DNA from: SAR202 cluster bacterium Io17-Chloro-G4
Lineage (GTDB): Bacteria; Chloroflexota; Dehalococcoidia; Lucifugimonadales; UBA3495
DNA length: 64,000 bases
Reading direction: 5' to 3'
Assembly: GCA_002816455.1 (NCBI GenBank)
Contig: MUCR01000006.1
Coordinates: 11,148 to 75,147, forward strand
In this document: positions 56,937 to 64,000 of the stretch, piece after piece
Layout of the letters: each line of letters opens with the position of its first letter
Numbering within the stretch: the stretch's first letter is position 1
Translations under genes and position numbers: made by a program
Notes under the pieces: model-generated
Told to the model about the DNA's origin: nothing
Seen by the model: the letters and a program-made list of their open reading frames with translations, nothing else
Databases searched by the model: none

Positions 56937-57191
56937 ATGTCGAGTGCAGATCACCTAAATACTTACGCCGAAGGCTGGACCAAAGGGGAGGCAGCCATCA
57001 TCTTAAGGGCGGTGGACGATGGTTACACGCTAGACGATCCCAACTTCGGGATGATATCCAAGGGAGAGTTTTCCGATTACCTGGCTGGCTTCAAGCAGCA
57101 AGTAGAATCCATACGTGGAAACATCGGTGGCTCTCTCATAGAACTCACCGAGATTGTCACTCAGGAGGAAGCAGGAATCTTGACTGCTTGA
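56937..57191 (+). CDS. Hypothetical NTF2/SnoaL-like protein; the reading frame stays open past TGA (57189-57191) to 57305
   Basis: 84 aa to the TGA. 37 further in-frame codons (AWWSVPGTEIQGTGLIKVGDKGVVSERLTYYTKLADS) look like the missing beta-strands of an approximately 120-aa NTF2-like fold. Confidence 0.45.
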   Translation: MSSADHLNTYAEGWTKGEAAIILRAVDDGYTLDDPNFGMISKGEFSDYLAGFKQQVESIRGNIGGSLIELTEIVTQEEAGILTA

Positions 57192-57350
57192 GCTTGGTGG
57201 TCGGTCCCCGGCACCGAAATACAAGGCACCGGCCTGATAAAAGTCGGTGACAAGGGAGTAGTGTCCGAGCGCCTAACGTACTATACCAAACTCGCCGACA
57301 GCTGACCTTTGGGTACCTGACCTAACAGTAGAGATACAGGCGGTGGAATA

Positions 57351-58727
57351 ATGTCCGAACAAGAACTGCGTATCATTGCTCCCACGGCCATCGTGGGCTA
57401 CGGTTTTCAGGAAAGTTCCTTGGAGCGGGTCCTCCAGAAAGACCCTCACCTGATTGCTTGCGACGGAGGCAGCACCGATCCAGGACCCAACTACTTGGGC
57501 ATGGGCAAAGCCTTTGTGGGCCGGGATGCCGCCAAGCGCGACCTTTCTTTGATGCTTCATGCGGCGGTGGACCGGAAGATCCCCATGATTGTCGGTACCA
57601 GCGGCGGAGCCGGCGGCGATGCTCACCTCCAATGGACCCGGGAAATCGTCGAAGAAATCGCCAGGGAAAACAATCTGCATTTCAAGATGGCCTTGATCCA
57701 CGCCGAGCAGTCCAAGGAATACGTCGCTAAAAAACTTGAAGATGGCAGGGTTGAACCCATCTGGCCTCTGGGGGCCCTGGACCCCGGAGCCGTAGCCAGG
57801 TCAACCAACATCGTGGGCATGGCCGGCGCCGAGCCCTACATCGAAGCCTTGGGCGGAGGCGCTCAGGTAATCCTCTGTGGCCGCTCCGACGACGCAGCCA
57901 TTTTCGCTGCGATGCCCATAAAAGAAGAGTTCGACCCGGCGTTGGGTTGGGTGGCCGGAAAGCTGTTGGAATGCGGTGCCGCGTGTGCCGTGCCCCGGCA
58001 AAAATACGGCAGCGAAGGCATTACCGTCACGGTGCGGGAAGACCATATTTTGGTCGAGCCCAACCATCCCGGATTGACCTGCACTCCCTTGAGCGTTTCC
58101 ACGTTTTTCTTGCACGAAAACGAAACGCCCCTTTACCACACCGAGCCATCGGGAGTATTGGACTTGACCGCCCTTGATTGTCAGGCGGTAGACGAACGAA
58201 CCGTGAAGATCACCGGCGCCCAATTCCATCCTCGAGAAAAGTACACCATCCGGTTGGAGGGAGTGGAGTTGGTGGGCTACAGGTGCATCTGCGTGTCCTA
58301 CACGAGAGACCCGGTGCTGGTCCAGAGCATTGACGGCTACTTGGATGCCGTCCGGAAGTTGGTCGTTAGCCGAGTAGACGGCATGGGCGTGCCCGCTGAA
58401 GACTACAAGTTGGTCTTCCGCGTGATTGGCAAAAACGCAGTCATGGGGGAGCGAGAGCCAGTAAAAGAGATACTGACCCACGAGTTGGGGATAATAATGG
58501 AAGCTGTGGCTTCGACTCAGGAGTTGGCCAATGAAATCCTGGGCTTGGCCCGCCAGGCTGGGAAGAACTTGCACTATGAAGGCAAGCTATGCGACGAAGG
58601 ATGCATCACATATCCCTACTCGCCATCGGACATTCCCGCTGGCCCAGTTTACGAGTACAACATGCTCCACGCTGTTGAACCGGACAGTCCTTTGGAGATG
58701 TTTCCCGTCGAGTACGTGACGGTTTAG
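57351..58727 (+). CDS. AtuA-like (DUF1446) protein
   Basis: 458 aa. N-terminal RIIAPTAIVGYGF....L.......P..IACDGGSTDPGP.YLG is typical of acyclic-terpene-utilisation AtuA family proteins. Confidence 0.75.
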   Translation: MSEQELRIIAPTAIVGYGFQESSLERVLQKDPHLIACDGGSTDPGPNYLGMGKAFVGRDAAKRDLSLMLHAAVDRKIPMIVGTSGGAGGDAHLQWTREIVEEIARENNLHFKMALIHAEQSKEYVAKKLEDGRVEPIWPLGALDPGAVARSTNIVGMAGAEPYIEALGGGAQVILCGRSDDAAIFAAMPIKEEFDPALGWVAGKLLECGAACAVPRQKYGSEGITVTVREDHILVEPNHPGLTCTPLSVSTFFLHENETPLYHTEPSGVLDLTALDCQAVDERTVKITGAQFHPREKYTIRLEGVELVGYRCICVSYTRDPVLVQSIDGYLDAVRKLVVSRVDGMGVPAEDYKLVFRVIGKNAVMGEREPVKEILTHELGIIMEAVASTQELANEILGLARQAGKNLHYEGKLCDEGCITYPYSPSDIPAGPVYEYNMLHAVEPDSPLEMFPVEYVTV

Positions 58728-58764
58728 CTGGTTAGCTATCAGCTATCAGCGAGCAGCGGCCAGC
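58726..58764. repeat. Heptamer tandem repeat, family D
   Basis: agctg gttagc tatcagc tatcagc gagcagc ggccagc, beginning at the AtuA stop codon. Confidence 0.7.
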
Positions 58765-58809
58765 TCCTGCTATGAGTTCAAACTGTTTTGAGGAATCACA
58801 GGGGGAAAT

Positions 58810-59118
58810 ATGGCTAGAATACGTGACTTGGCGGTGATTTGCCGCAGCAAGAACGCCAATCCCTTTTCCTTAACCCTGGACATGGTTTTCCCGGATCAGC
58901 AAACGTTTGAGCGAGTTCGAACCTCCGGGGTCATTTCCAAGCAGCTAATTTCCCGGCTCTATAGCGTGCCAGAAAGCGACGTGCTATTGGTGGAATTCCC
59001 CCCTGCTAACGCATTCAAGGCCACCATCCCCCGGCTCCACGGATCAGGCGCCGTGGAGGACTCGGACGTTTACGGCGCTCAGCAGCACGGGCCTCTGATG
59101 GACGTGGAGATTCCGTAG
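58810..59118 (+). CDS. DUF4387-like small protein (usual partner of DUF1446/AtuA)
   Basis: 102 aa. RDLA...RSKNANPF..TLD..F.D...F..V..SG.I....I..LY. Position directly after the AtuA-like gene. Confidence 0.7.
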   Translation: MARIRDLAVICRSKNANPFSLTLDMVFPDQQTFERVRTSGVISKQLISRLYSVPESDVLLVEFPPANAFKATIPRLHGSGAVEDSDVYGAQQHGPLMDVEIP

Positions 59119-59125
59119 ACACCGA

Positions 59126-59220
59126 TTCACCGCAGAAGCGCGGAGAGCGCAGAGACGAATCAAAAAAATAATTTCCCTTCGCACAGCTTTAACCATCTAG
59201 CTCTGCGCCTCTGCGGTGAA
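59126..59220. repeat. Family C inverted-repeat element
   Basis: ttcaccgcagaagcgcggagagcgcagag ... ctctgcgcctctgcggtgaa, directly after the DUF4387 stop codon. Confidence 0.8.
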
Positions 59221-59249
59221 CCAAACCCCATTGGGAGTCGCAAACTAAC

Positions 59250-59426
59250 ATGGAAGAATCAACTGGCTTGAAGGGCAAATCCGGTGGCGCGAGAGGCTTA
59301 TTCTCAGGGCGGGCCGCGACCTGGTTGGCGCTGGCTGCTTTGGCAATTTCCGTGGGCCACGTGGTTTATGCGGTCTGGCGGGACCACATCAACAACGGGG
59401 AAGGACTTCTAAACGTCCTAGGGTAA
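59250..59426 (+). CDS. Candidate small single-pass membrane protein (58 aa, below the ORF-track cutoff)
   Basis: MEESTGLKGKSGGARGLFSGRAATWLALAALAISVGHVVYAVWRDHINNGEGLLNVLG. GGGAG lies about 13 nt upstream. One clear TM helix. Confidence 0.3.
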   Translation: MEESTGLKGKSGGARGLFSGRAATWLALAALAISVGHVVYAVWRDHINNGEGLLNVLG

Positions 59427-59502
59427 CAGATGGCGCAGCGCCGCCTGGTCACCAAGAAATACTATTGTCCGGTCCCGCTTGTTCGGAGCGAAGGTTGTAA
59501 CC

Positions 59503-60474
59503 ATGATCATGCGATTGTTGAGCCGGTCAAAACGACCGGACCCGGGTGTCTACGCTCAAGTAATTGGCGGACCATTCCTGCCGGGTGACCAGGTAGACGT
59601 TGAGTTAATCTCTACCGGTGAAGCTGGCGAGAAAGAAGGCGGCGCCAAAGAGGTTTTTCTGGATTTGGTTTGCCGGGAGACCTTTTGGTACACCGTTAAA
59701 TCCACCGGCGCTGCATTCATCGGACAGTACCCTGGGCACGGGGAGGAGAACCACACCGGCATGTCTTACACGGCGGCAGGACGGCCTGGCCGGTTCAAAA
59801 CGTCCAAGAACCTGGCATGCTTGTCCAGCCTCGTGCTTCTGAATAGTCACGATCTAGACCACGGCAACTTGAGGGGAACCGCCACATTTCAGCTCCCCAC
59901 CGATGCGGCTCCTAGTATTCAGGGCGAAACCGTGAATGTAGACTGGGAGTTGCGGTTGAGGTTGAACTCCGCCCCGTCTCAGGAATCTACAACAGTGGGC
60001 CACATCACGGTGCTGTCTAGTCCCGTGGGAACTACCGGCGACCAAGAACGCCTTCATGGGTCAGGCCATCGTCCGGCTGCCATCAGCAAGACCAGCACGG
60101 CCCGATGCGATGTGTCTTTAGCGCTGGCTCAAGACGTTATGAGAACAGGCCAAACTTTGCGCGGCGTCTTAAATGCGAGAGCGATTACCGATATCAACGT
60201 CACCAAAGTCCAAGCGGAATTGGAGTGCTTGGAGCAAGCTGGCGCCAAAGAATCCTCAGCAGTTTACGCAACCGCCTACCTCCAAGGCCGATCATCGCTC
60301 CAGGCAAGGCAGGAATACCAATGGCCTTTCCAGTTGGAGATTCCAGACCTGATGCTGCCCAGCGCAAACTTTGACGAAACATGGGTGGTTTGGCGGGTGA
60401 AGGGCATCTTAGGTCGAACATTTCGGACGCGTCTGGAGACGGCTGCGCAGGTTCAGGTGTTTACCTCGGGCTAA
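59503..60474 (+). CDS. Hypothetical protein, paralog 1 of a tandem pair (possible Spo0M/arrestin-like beta-sandwich)
   Basis: Approximately 323 aa from the ATG at 59503. Shares ordered motifs with the next gene: C[RT]ET[FY]W, F.[LI]P..A.P[ST][IV]QG...N..W.L, CD[VM].L[AS]L, G.T..GVL, [FW]PF.L..P. The PG[DE].V.V.L / V.L.L.C.E..W pattern resembles arrestin-N/Spo0M. Confidence 0.4.
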   Translation: MIMRLLSRSKRPDPGVYAQVIGGPFLPGDQVDVELISTGEAGEKEGGAKEVFLDLVCRETFWYTVKSTGAAFIGQYPGHGEENHTGMSYTAAGRPGRFKTSKNLACLSSLVLLNSHDLDHGNLRGTATFQLPTDAAPSIQGETVNVDWELRLRLNSAPSQESTTVGHITVLSSPVGTTGDQERLHGSGHRPAAISKTSTARCDVSLALAQDVMRTGQTLRGVLNARAITDINVTKVQAELECLEQAGAKESSAVYATAYLQGRSSLQARQEYQWPFQLEIPDLMLPSANFDETWVVWRVKGILGRTFRTRLETAAQVQVFTSG

Positions 60475-60504
60475 AGGCTGGGACAATAAACAAAAACCGG
60501 GGAA

Positions 60505-60555
60505 CGCCCCCATCCTAACTCTCCCCCGTAAAGGGGGAGAGTTAGGATGGGGGCG
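60505..60555. repeat. Perfect 23-bp-stem palindrome (family E-related); probable terminator or attenuator between the paralogs
   Basis: CGCCCCCATCCTAACTCTCCCCC-gtaaa-GGGGGAGAGTTAGGATGGGGGCG. Confidence 0.8.
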
Positions 60556-60624
60556 CGGTCGTACTCGTCAATCTTGCATAGATGGAATTAGGTCTCCGGA
60601 ACAGGATTTAGGGAGGTTTCTCCT

Positions 60625-61500
60625 ATGGTGTCCCGATTGCGCTCGCCAAATGCCGATCTGTCCATTGAGCTGGATGAAGGCCAGCACCAGTTGGGAAAGC
60701 CCATCACCGGCAGGGTTACCTTGCTTCCCGGCGAGGGCTTTGAGATGCGCGGAGCAAAAGCGGAGTTTATTTGCACCGAGACCTACTGGTTGAGGGTCCG
60801 GCGGACAAGTCGATTCGGCTCCGCCGAAACCAACGAACCCGCCGCCACGTTGATACGCGAATATTCCCATCCCCTATTTGTCGGTTCGGAAATCGCCAAC
60901 CTGATGCCTCAAGTAGGTGACATCAACTTCACCATCCCCCTAAATGCGCCCCCCACGGTCCAAGGAGGAGTCGCTAATCTTGCCTGGCGTTTGATAGTGA
61001 CCGTGGACGTGGCACGAGGCCGGGACATCAGCCGGGAGATTGATCTGATAGTTATGCCGGCCCCCGGTGAAAGGGCCGATAATACCCAGCCAACAGAAAA
61101 CGCCGCTCCAGCATTAACCCAGTTCGCTGAGTGCGACATGAATTTATCTCTAACCGCTCACCGGGTATGCATGGGAGAGACGGTGGACGGCGTCCTAAGG
61201 GTCTATCCGAAAACAGGCCGCACCCCGCAAGCGGCCCGTGTGGAATTGATGCGCGCAGAAGCGGCGGGAACCAGCAATGCCGATTTAAGCATCGGCGTAG
61301 TGGAGTTCCAAATCCCGGAGTCTACTGGTGCGGATGAAGCGATGGAGTTCCCATTTTCTTTGCCGGTCCCGGAGTGCTTGTTAACCACCATCTCGGTGCA
61401 CGAAACTAGCGTTTCGTGGCGGGCGCGAGGGACGGTCACCGTCGGCAGGGGCAAGGAATTGGATATCAGCCAGAGGGTCACGGTCCGCGGGTCTTCTTAA
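60625..61500 (+). CDS. Hypothetical protein, paralog 2 of the tandem pair (possible Spo0M/arrestin-like beta-sandwich)
   Basis: 291 aa. SD GGGAGG upstream. N-terminus LSIELDEGQHQLGKPITGRVTLLPGEGFEMRGAKAEFICTETYW. Collinear motifs with paralog 1. Confidence 0.4.
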   Translation: MVSRLRSPNADLSIELDEGQHQLGKPITGRVTLLPGEGFEMRGAKAEFICTETYWLRVRRTSRFGSAETNEPAATLIREYSHPLFVGSEIANLMPQVGDINFTIPLNAPPTVQGGVANLAWRLIVTVDVARGRDISREIDLIVMPAPGERADNTQPTENAAPALTQFAECDMNLSLTAHRVCMGETVDGVLRVYPKTGRTPQAARVELMRAEAAGTSNADLSIGVVEFQIPESTGADEAMEFPFSLPVPECLLTTISVHETSVSWRARGTVTVGRGKELDISQRVTVRGSS

Positions 61501-61598
61501 GGGATTTTCCAGTAAAGATTGATTCGGAAAGGCTCAGTACGAGTGGTTGCACCTTACATTGCTGATGTGGTCTACCTAATCGGCCTTGATGGCGGATA

Positions 61599-61688
61599 TC
61601 CTTCGACAAGCTCAGGAAGAGCGGGAACGCTCATACCGCTCATGGTGAGCCCTTCGGCTCGGCTCAGGACAGGCTTGTCGAACCATCC
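61599..61688. repeat. Family A repeat units
   Basis: tccttcgacaagctcaggaagagcgg...ccgctcatggtgagcccttcggctcggctcaggacaggcttgtcgaaccatcc. Confidence 0.75.
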
Positions 61689-61736
61689 TTTCGGGTATGG
61701 GCTGGTGGATTTTCAGCGCAAGTACAAACACTTGAC

Positions 61737-63104
61737 CTACTTCTCATTTGCATCTTCGTTGTCCTGAGATTTGTCGGCCCCCCACCATTTCTTGAGCCGC
61801 TCCGCAATCTCCTTTTCCGTGCCCTCTTGTGTGGGTTGGTAGTATCGGCGTCCTTTTAATGAAGGGGGCAAAAACTCTTCCTCCACGAAGTGGCCTTCGT
61901 AATCGTGGGCGTTCTTGTAGCCTTCGCCGTACCCGGACTGTTTCATCAGCCCAGTGACTGCGTTTCGGAGGTGCAAAGGCACGGGCTCGTTAACGTGTTG
62001 GCGGGCGTCTTCCAACGCCAGGTTTATTCCAGCGTAAGCCGAGTTGCTCTTGGGCGCCGTAGCCAGGTAGACGGTGGCTTCCGCCAGTGGGATACGGCCC
62101 TCAGGCATGCCCAGGAAATGCACCGCCTGCTGGGCCGCCATGGCCACCGCCAAGGCCCCGGGCTGGGCCAAGCCAATATCCTCGGCGGCCAGGACAACCA
62201 GTCGCCGGGCGATAAACAGCGGGTCCTCACCGGCGTCTATCATCCGCGCAAGCCAGTAAAGAGCTCCGTCGGGAGACCCACCTCGCACCGACTTTATAAA
62301 GGCGGATATGGTGTCGTAGTGACCATCGCCAGCCTTGTCGTATCTGGGAGACCGGCGCTGCATGGCGTCGGAGATGGTTTCCAAATCCACGTGCCGGCGC
62401 CCATCTTCACCGGGATTCGTGGCGTAGGCAGCGGTTTCCAGGGCGTTTAATGCAGACCTGGCGTCGCCGTTGGCTAAGTCCACCAAGTACTTCAGGGCAG
62501 TTTCTTCCAGGTCTACTTTCAGATCGGCAATACCCCGTTCGCGGTCCTCCAGCGCTCGCCCAATTATGGTCTCGACCTGTTCGGGGCTCAGAAGTTCCAG
62601 GGTGAATACACGGGAGCGTGACAGCAAAGGGCCGATTACTTCGAATGAAGGGTTTTCCGTGGTGGCCCCAATCAGCGTGAATGTGCCGTCTTCGACATGG
62701 GGGAGTATGACGTCCTGCTGGGACTTGTTGAACCGGTGGATTTCGTCCACGAATAATATGGTCTTCGTGCCGTACATACCTTGGCGTTCCTTGGCCTCGG
62801 CCACTGTGCGGCGCAAGTCGGCCACGCCGGATGTGACGGCGCTGATGGCCTCGAAGTGGGAATCGGTTACCCCGGAAACAAGCCGAGCCAGGGTGGTTTT
62901 GCCGCTGCCGGGAGGGCCCCACAATATGAACGAAGGAACCCGTTGTGCCGCAATCGCCCGGCGCAAGACCCGGTCCGGGCCGACGATATGCTCCTGGCCG
63001 ACGAACTCGTCGAAAGACTGGGGCCGCAGCCTGTCGGCCAGGGGCGCTTGCTGCTTGGCCCGGCGTTCCCCTTCATGCTCGAACAGCGACTGGGATGAGG
63101 CCAT
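61737..63104 (-). CDS. rarA: Replication-associated recombination protein A (AAA+ ATPase)
   Basis: 455 aa. PLADRLRP..FDEFVGQEH..G....LRRAI......S.ILWGPPG.GKTTLA, VDEIHRFNK.QQD, and the C-terminal MgsA domain. Confidence 0.9.
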   Translation of the reverse strand: MASSQSLFEHEGERRAKQQAPLADRLRPQSFDEFVGQEHIVGPDRVLRRAIAAQRVPSFILWGPPGSGKTTLARLVSGVTDSHFEAISAVTSGVADLRRTVAEAKERQGMYGTKTILFVDEIHRFNKSQQDVILPHVEDGTFTLIGATTENPSFEVIGPLLSRSRVFTLELLSPEQVETIIGRALEDRERGIADLKVDLEETALKYLVDLANGDARSALNALETAAYATNPGEDGRRHVDLETISDAMQRRSPRYDKAGDGHYDTISAFIKSVRGGSPDGALYWLARMIDAGEDPLFIARRLVVLAAEDIGLAQPGALAVAMAAQQAVHFLGMPEGRIPLAEATVYLATAPKSNSAYAGINLALEDARQHVNEPVPLHLRNAVTGLMKQSGYGEGYKNAHDYEGHFVEEEFLPPSLKGRRYYQPTQEGTEKEIAERLKKWWGADKSQDNEDANEK

Positions 63105-63170
63105 GATTTAGCCCTCGGCTTTCCGCGGTCAGCTTCTTGTCACTGCCTATTATACGGCCAGGTTATTAAG

Positions 63171-64000
63171 TTAGCGGAAATTGGGCATCACTTTCTGGGC
63201 GAAGAGTTGCATGGACTTGGTCACCATATCGTGGGGCAGCCGCCCTCCGATATTGAACCAACCTGAGTACTCTTGGGCACCGAAGGACTCTTGAAATTGG
63301 TTGAGCCTTTCCACGCATTCTTCCGGTGTGCCTATGACCGTGTTCTCTTGCAGGATATCCTCGTAATTCAGCTTGCTCAGCCCTTCTTGCATACGGATGA
63401 TGCGGGGATTTGCCGCTGCTGCCCTGTCTGCGGCGGGTGAATTAATCATATCCTGAGCTGTTTTAATGTATGAATTGATGGTCTCTTTCAGCACTCCTGC
63501 GGTTTCGTGCCGATTTTCAGACACATAAATTGGCAAGGTGACCGAGAGTTTCCCTTTTTCAGGGTCGTGGCCGCCTTGCGCTAACTTTTCCCGGTATATT
63601 TTGGCACCTTCGATAGCTGCCTGTTTTCCGGCAATTACCGGGGCAACCAGCAGGTTGTAGCCCATGGACCCGATAAGCTCGAAGGTGTCCGGGCCCGTAG
63701 CGGCAACATGTATCGGCGGATGAGGTTTTTGCAGCGGCTTGGGGGCAAGGACTATTTGCCGGACCTGGTAATACTCACCCTGGAAATCCAACTCGTCTTT
63801 GGTCCAAGCGTCAACGATCAATCTTAGGCACTCGTCGAATCTTTGGCGGCCCTCCTCCATGGAGACGCCGTAGCCCTCAAAATGGCTTGGGATGATTCCC
63901 CGGCCAATGCCGAAAATCGCCCGGCCACCGGAAATGATGTCCAACGTGGCGATATCCTCGGCCAAACGGATGGGATGATGTAGCGGCATCAAGTTTACCG
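63171..64000 (-). CDS. LLM-class (luciferase-like) flavin-dependent oxidoreductase, 5'-truncated by the window end
   Basis: The translation begins mid-domain (PLHHPIRLAEDIATLDIISGGR..FG.GRG), which in this family lies about 80-100 residues from the N-terminus. The gene therefore probably continues beyond position 64000. Confidence 0.8.
   Translation of the reverse strand, partial: VNLMPLHHPIRLAEDIATLDIISGGRAIFGIGRGIIPSHFEGYGVSMEEGRQRFDECLRLIVDAWTKDELDFQGEYYQVRQIVLAPKPLQKPHPPIHVAATGPDTFELIGSMGYNLLVAPVIAGKQAAIEGAKIYREKLAQGGHDPEKGKLSVTLPIYVSENRHETAGVLKETINSYIKTAQDMINSPAADRAAAANPRIIRMQEGLSKLNYEDILQENTVIGTPEECVERLNQFQESFGAQEYSGWFNIGGRLPHDMVTKSMQLFAQKVMPNFR

Overview
Chromosomal, mostly housekeeping and catabolic segment of a moderately GC-rich bacterium. 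Gene content, T-box-controlled ilv genes and dense intergenic palindromic repeats suggest a Chloroflexota-like organism, but that is inference only. All product calls rest on motifs I recognise in the supplied translations; no database search was possible. Core content includes an ilvB-ilvN-ilvC-leuA operon behind a T-box leader. A second, orphan acetolactate-synthase paralog has its own T-box, and a third ThDP enzyme is also present. A cobalamin riboswitch precedes bluB. Translation and tRNA genes include gltX-glnS, tilS, tsaD, mtaB and rluD, with lspA next to rluD. There is a fused accD/accA, Fe-S assembly genes (DUF59 protein plus Mrp), and many oxidoreductases and hydrolases. I saw no rRNA, tRNA, CRISPR, transposase or integrase genes. 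The most interesting observations are listed here. (1) An AhpE-like peroxiredoxin has an in-frame TGA exactly at the peroxidatic-Cys codon, making it a candidate selenoprotein. (2) A second in-frame TGA lies in an NTF2-like gene, against a background where TGA is a rare stop and TAG is unusually common. (3) Two tandem paralogous proteins, possibly Spo0M/arrestin-like, sit behind a small membrane ORF. (4) At least five families of short intergenic palindromic or tandem repeats sit mostly right after stop codons. (5) An ~0.8-kb AT-rich non-coding island contains a candidate sRNA and a polypyrimidine tract. No obvious defence or mobile system was recognised. The tandem paralog cluster and the recoding candidates are my best guesses for anything genuinely new.
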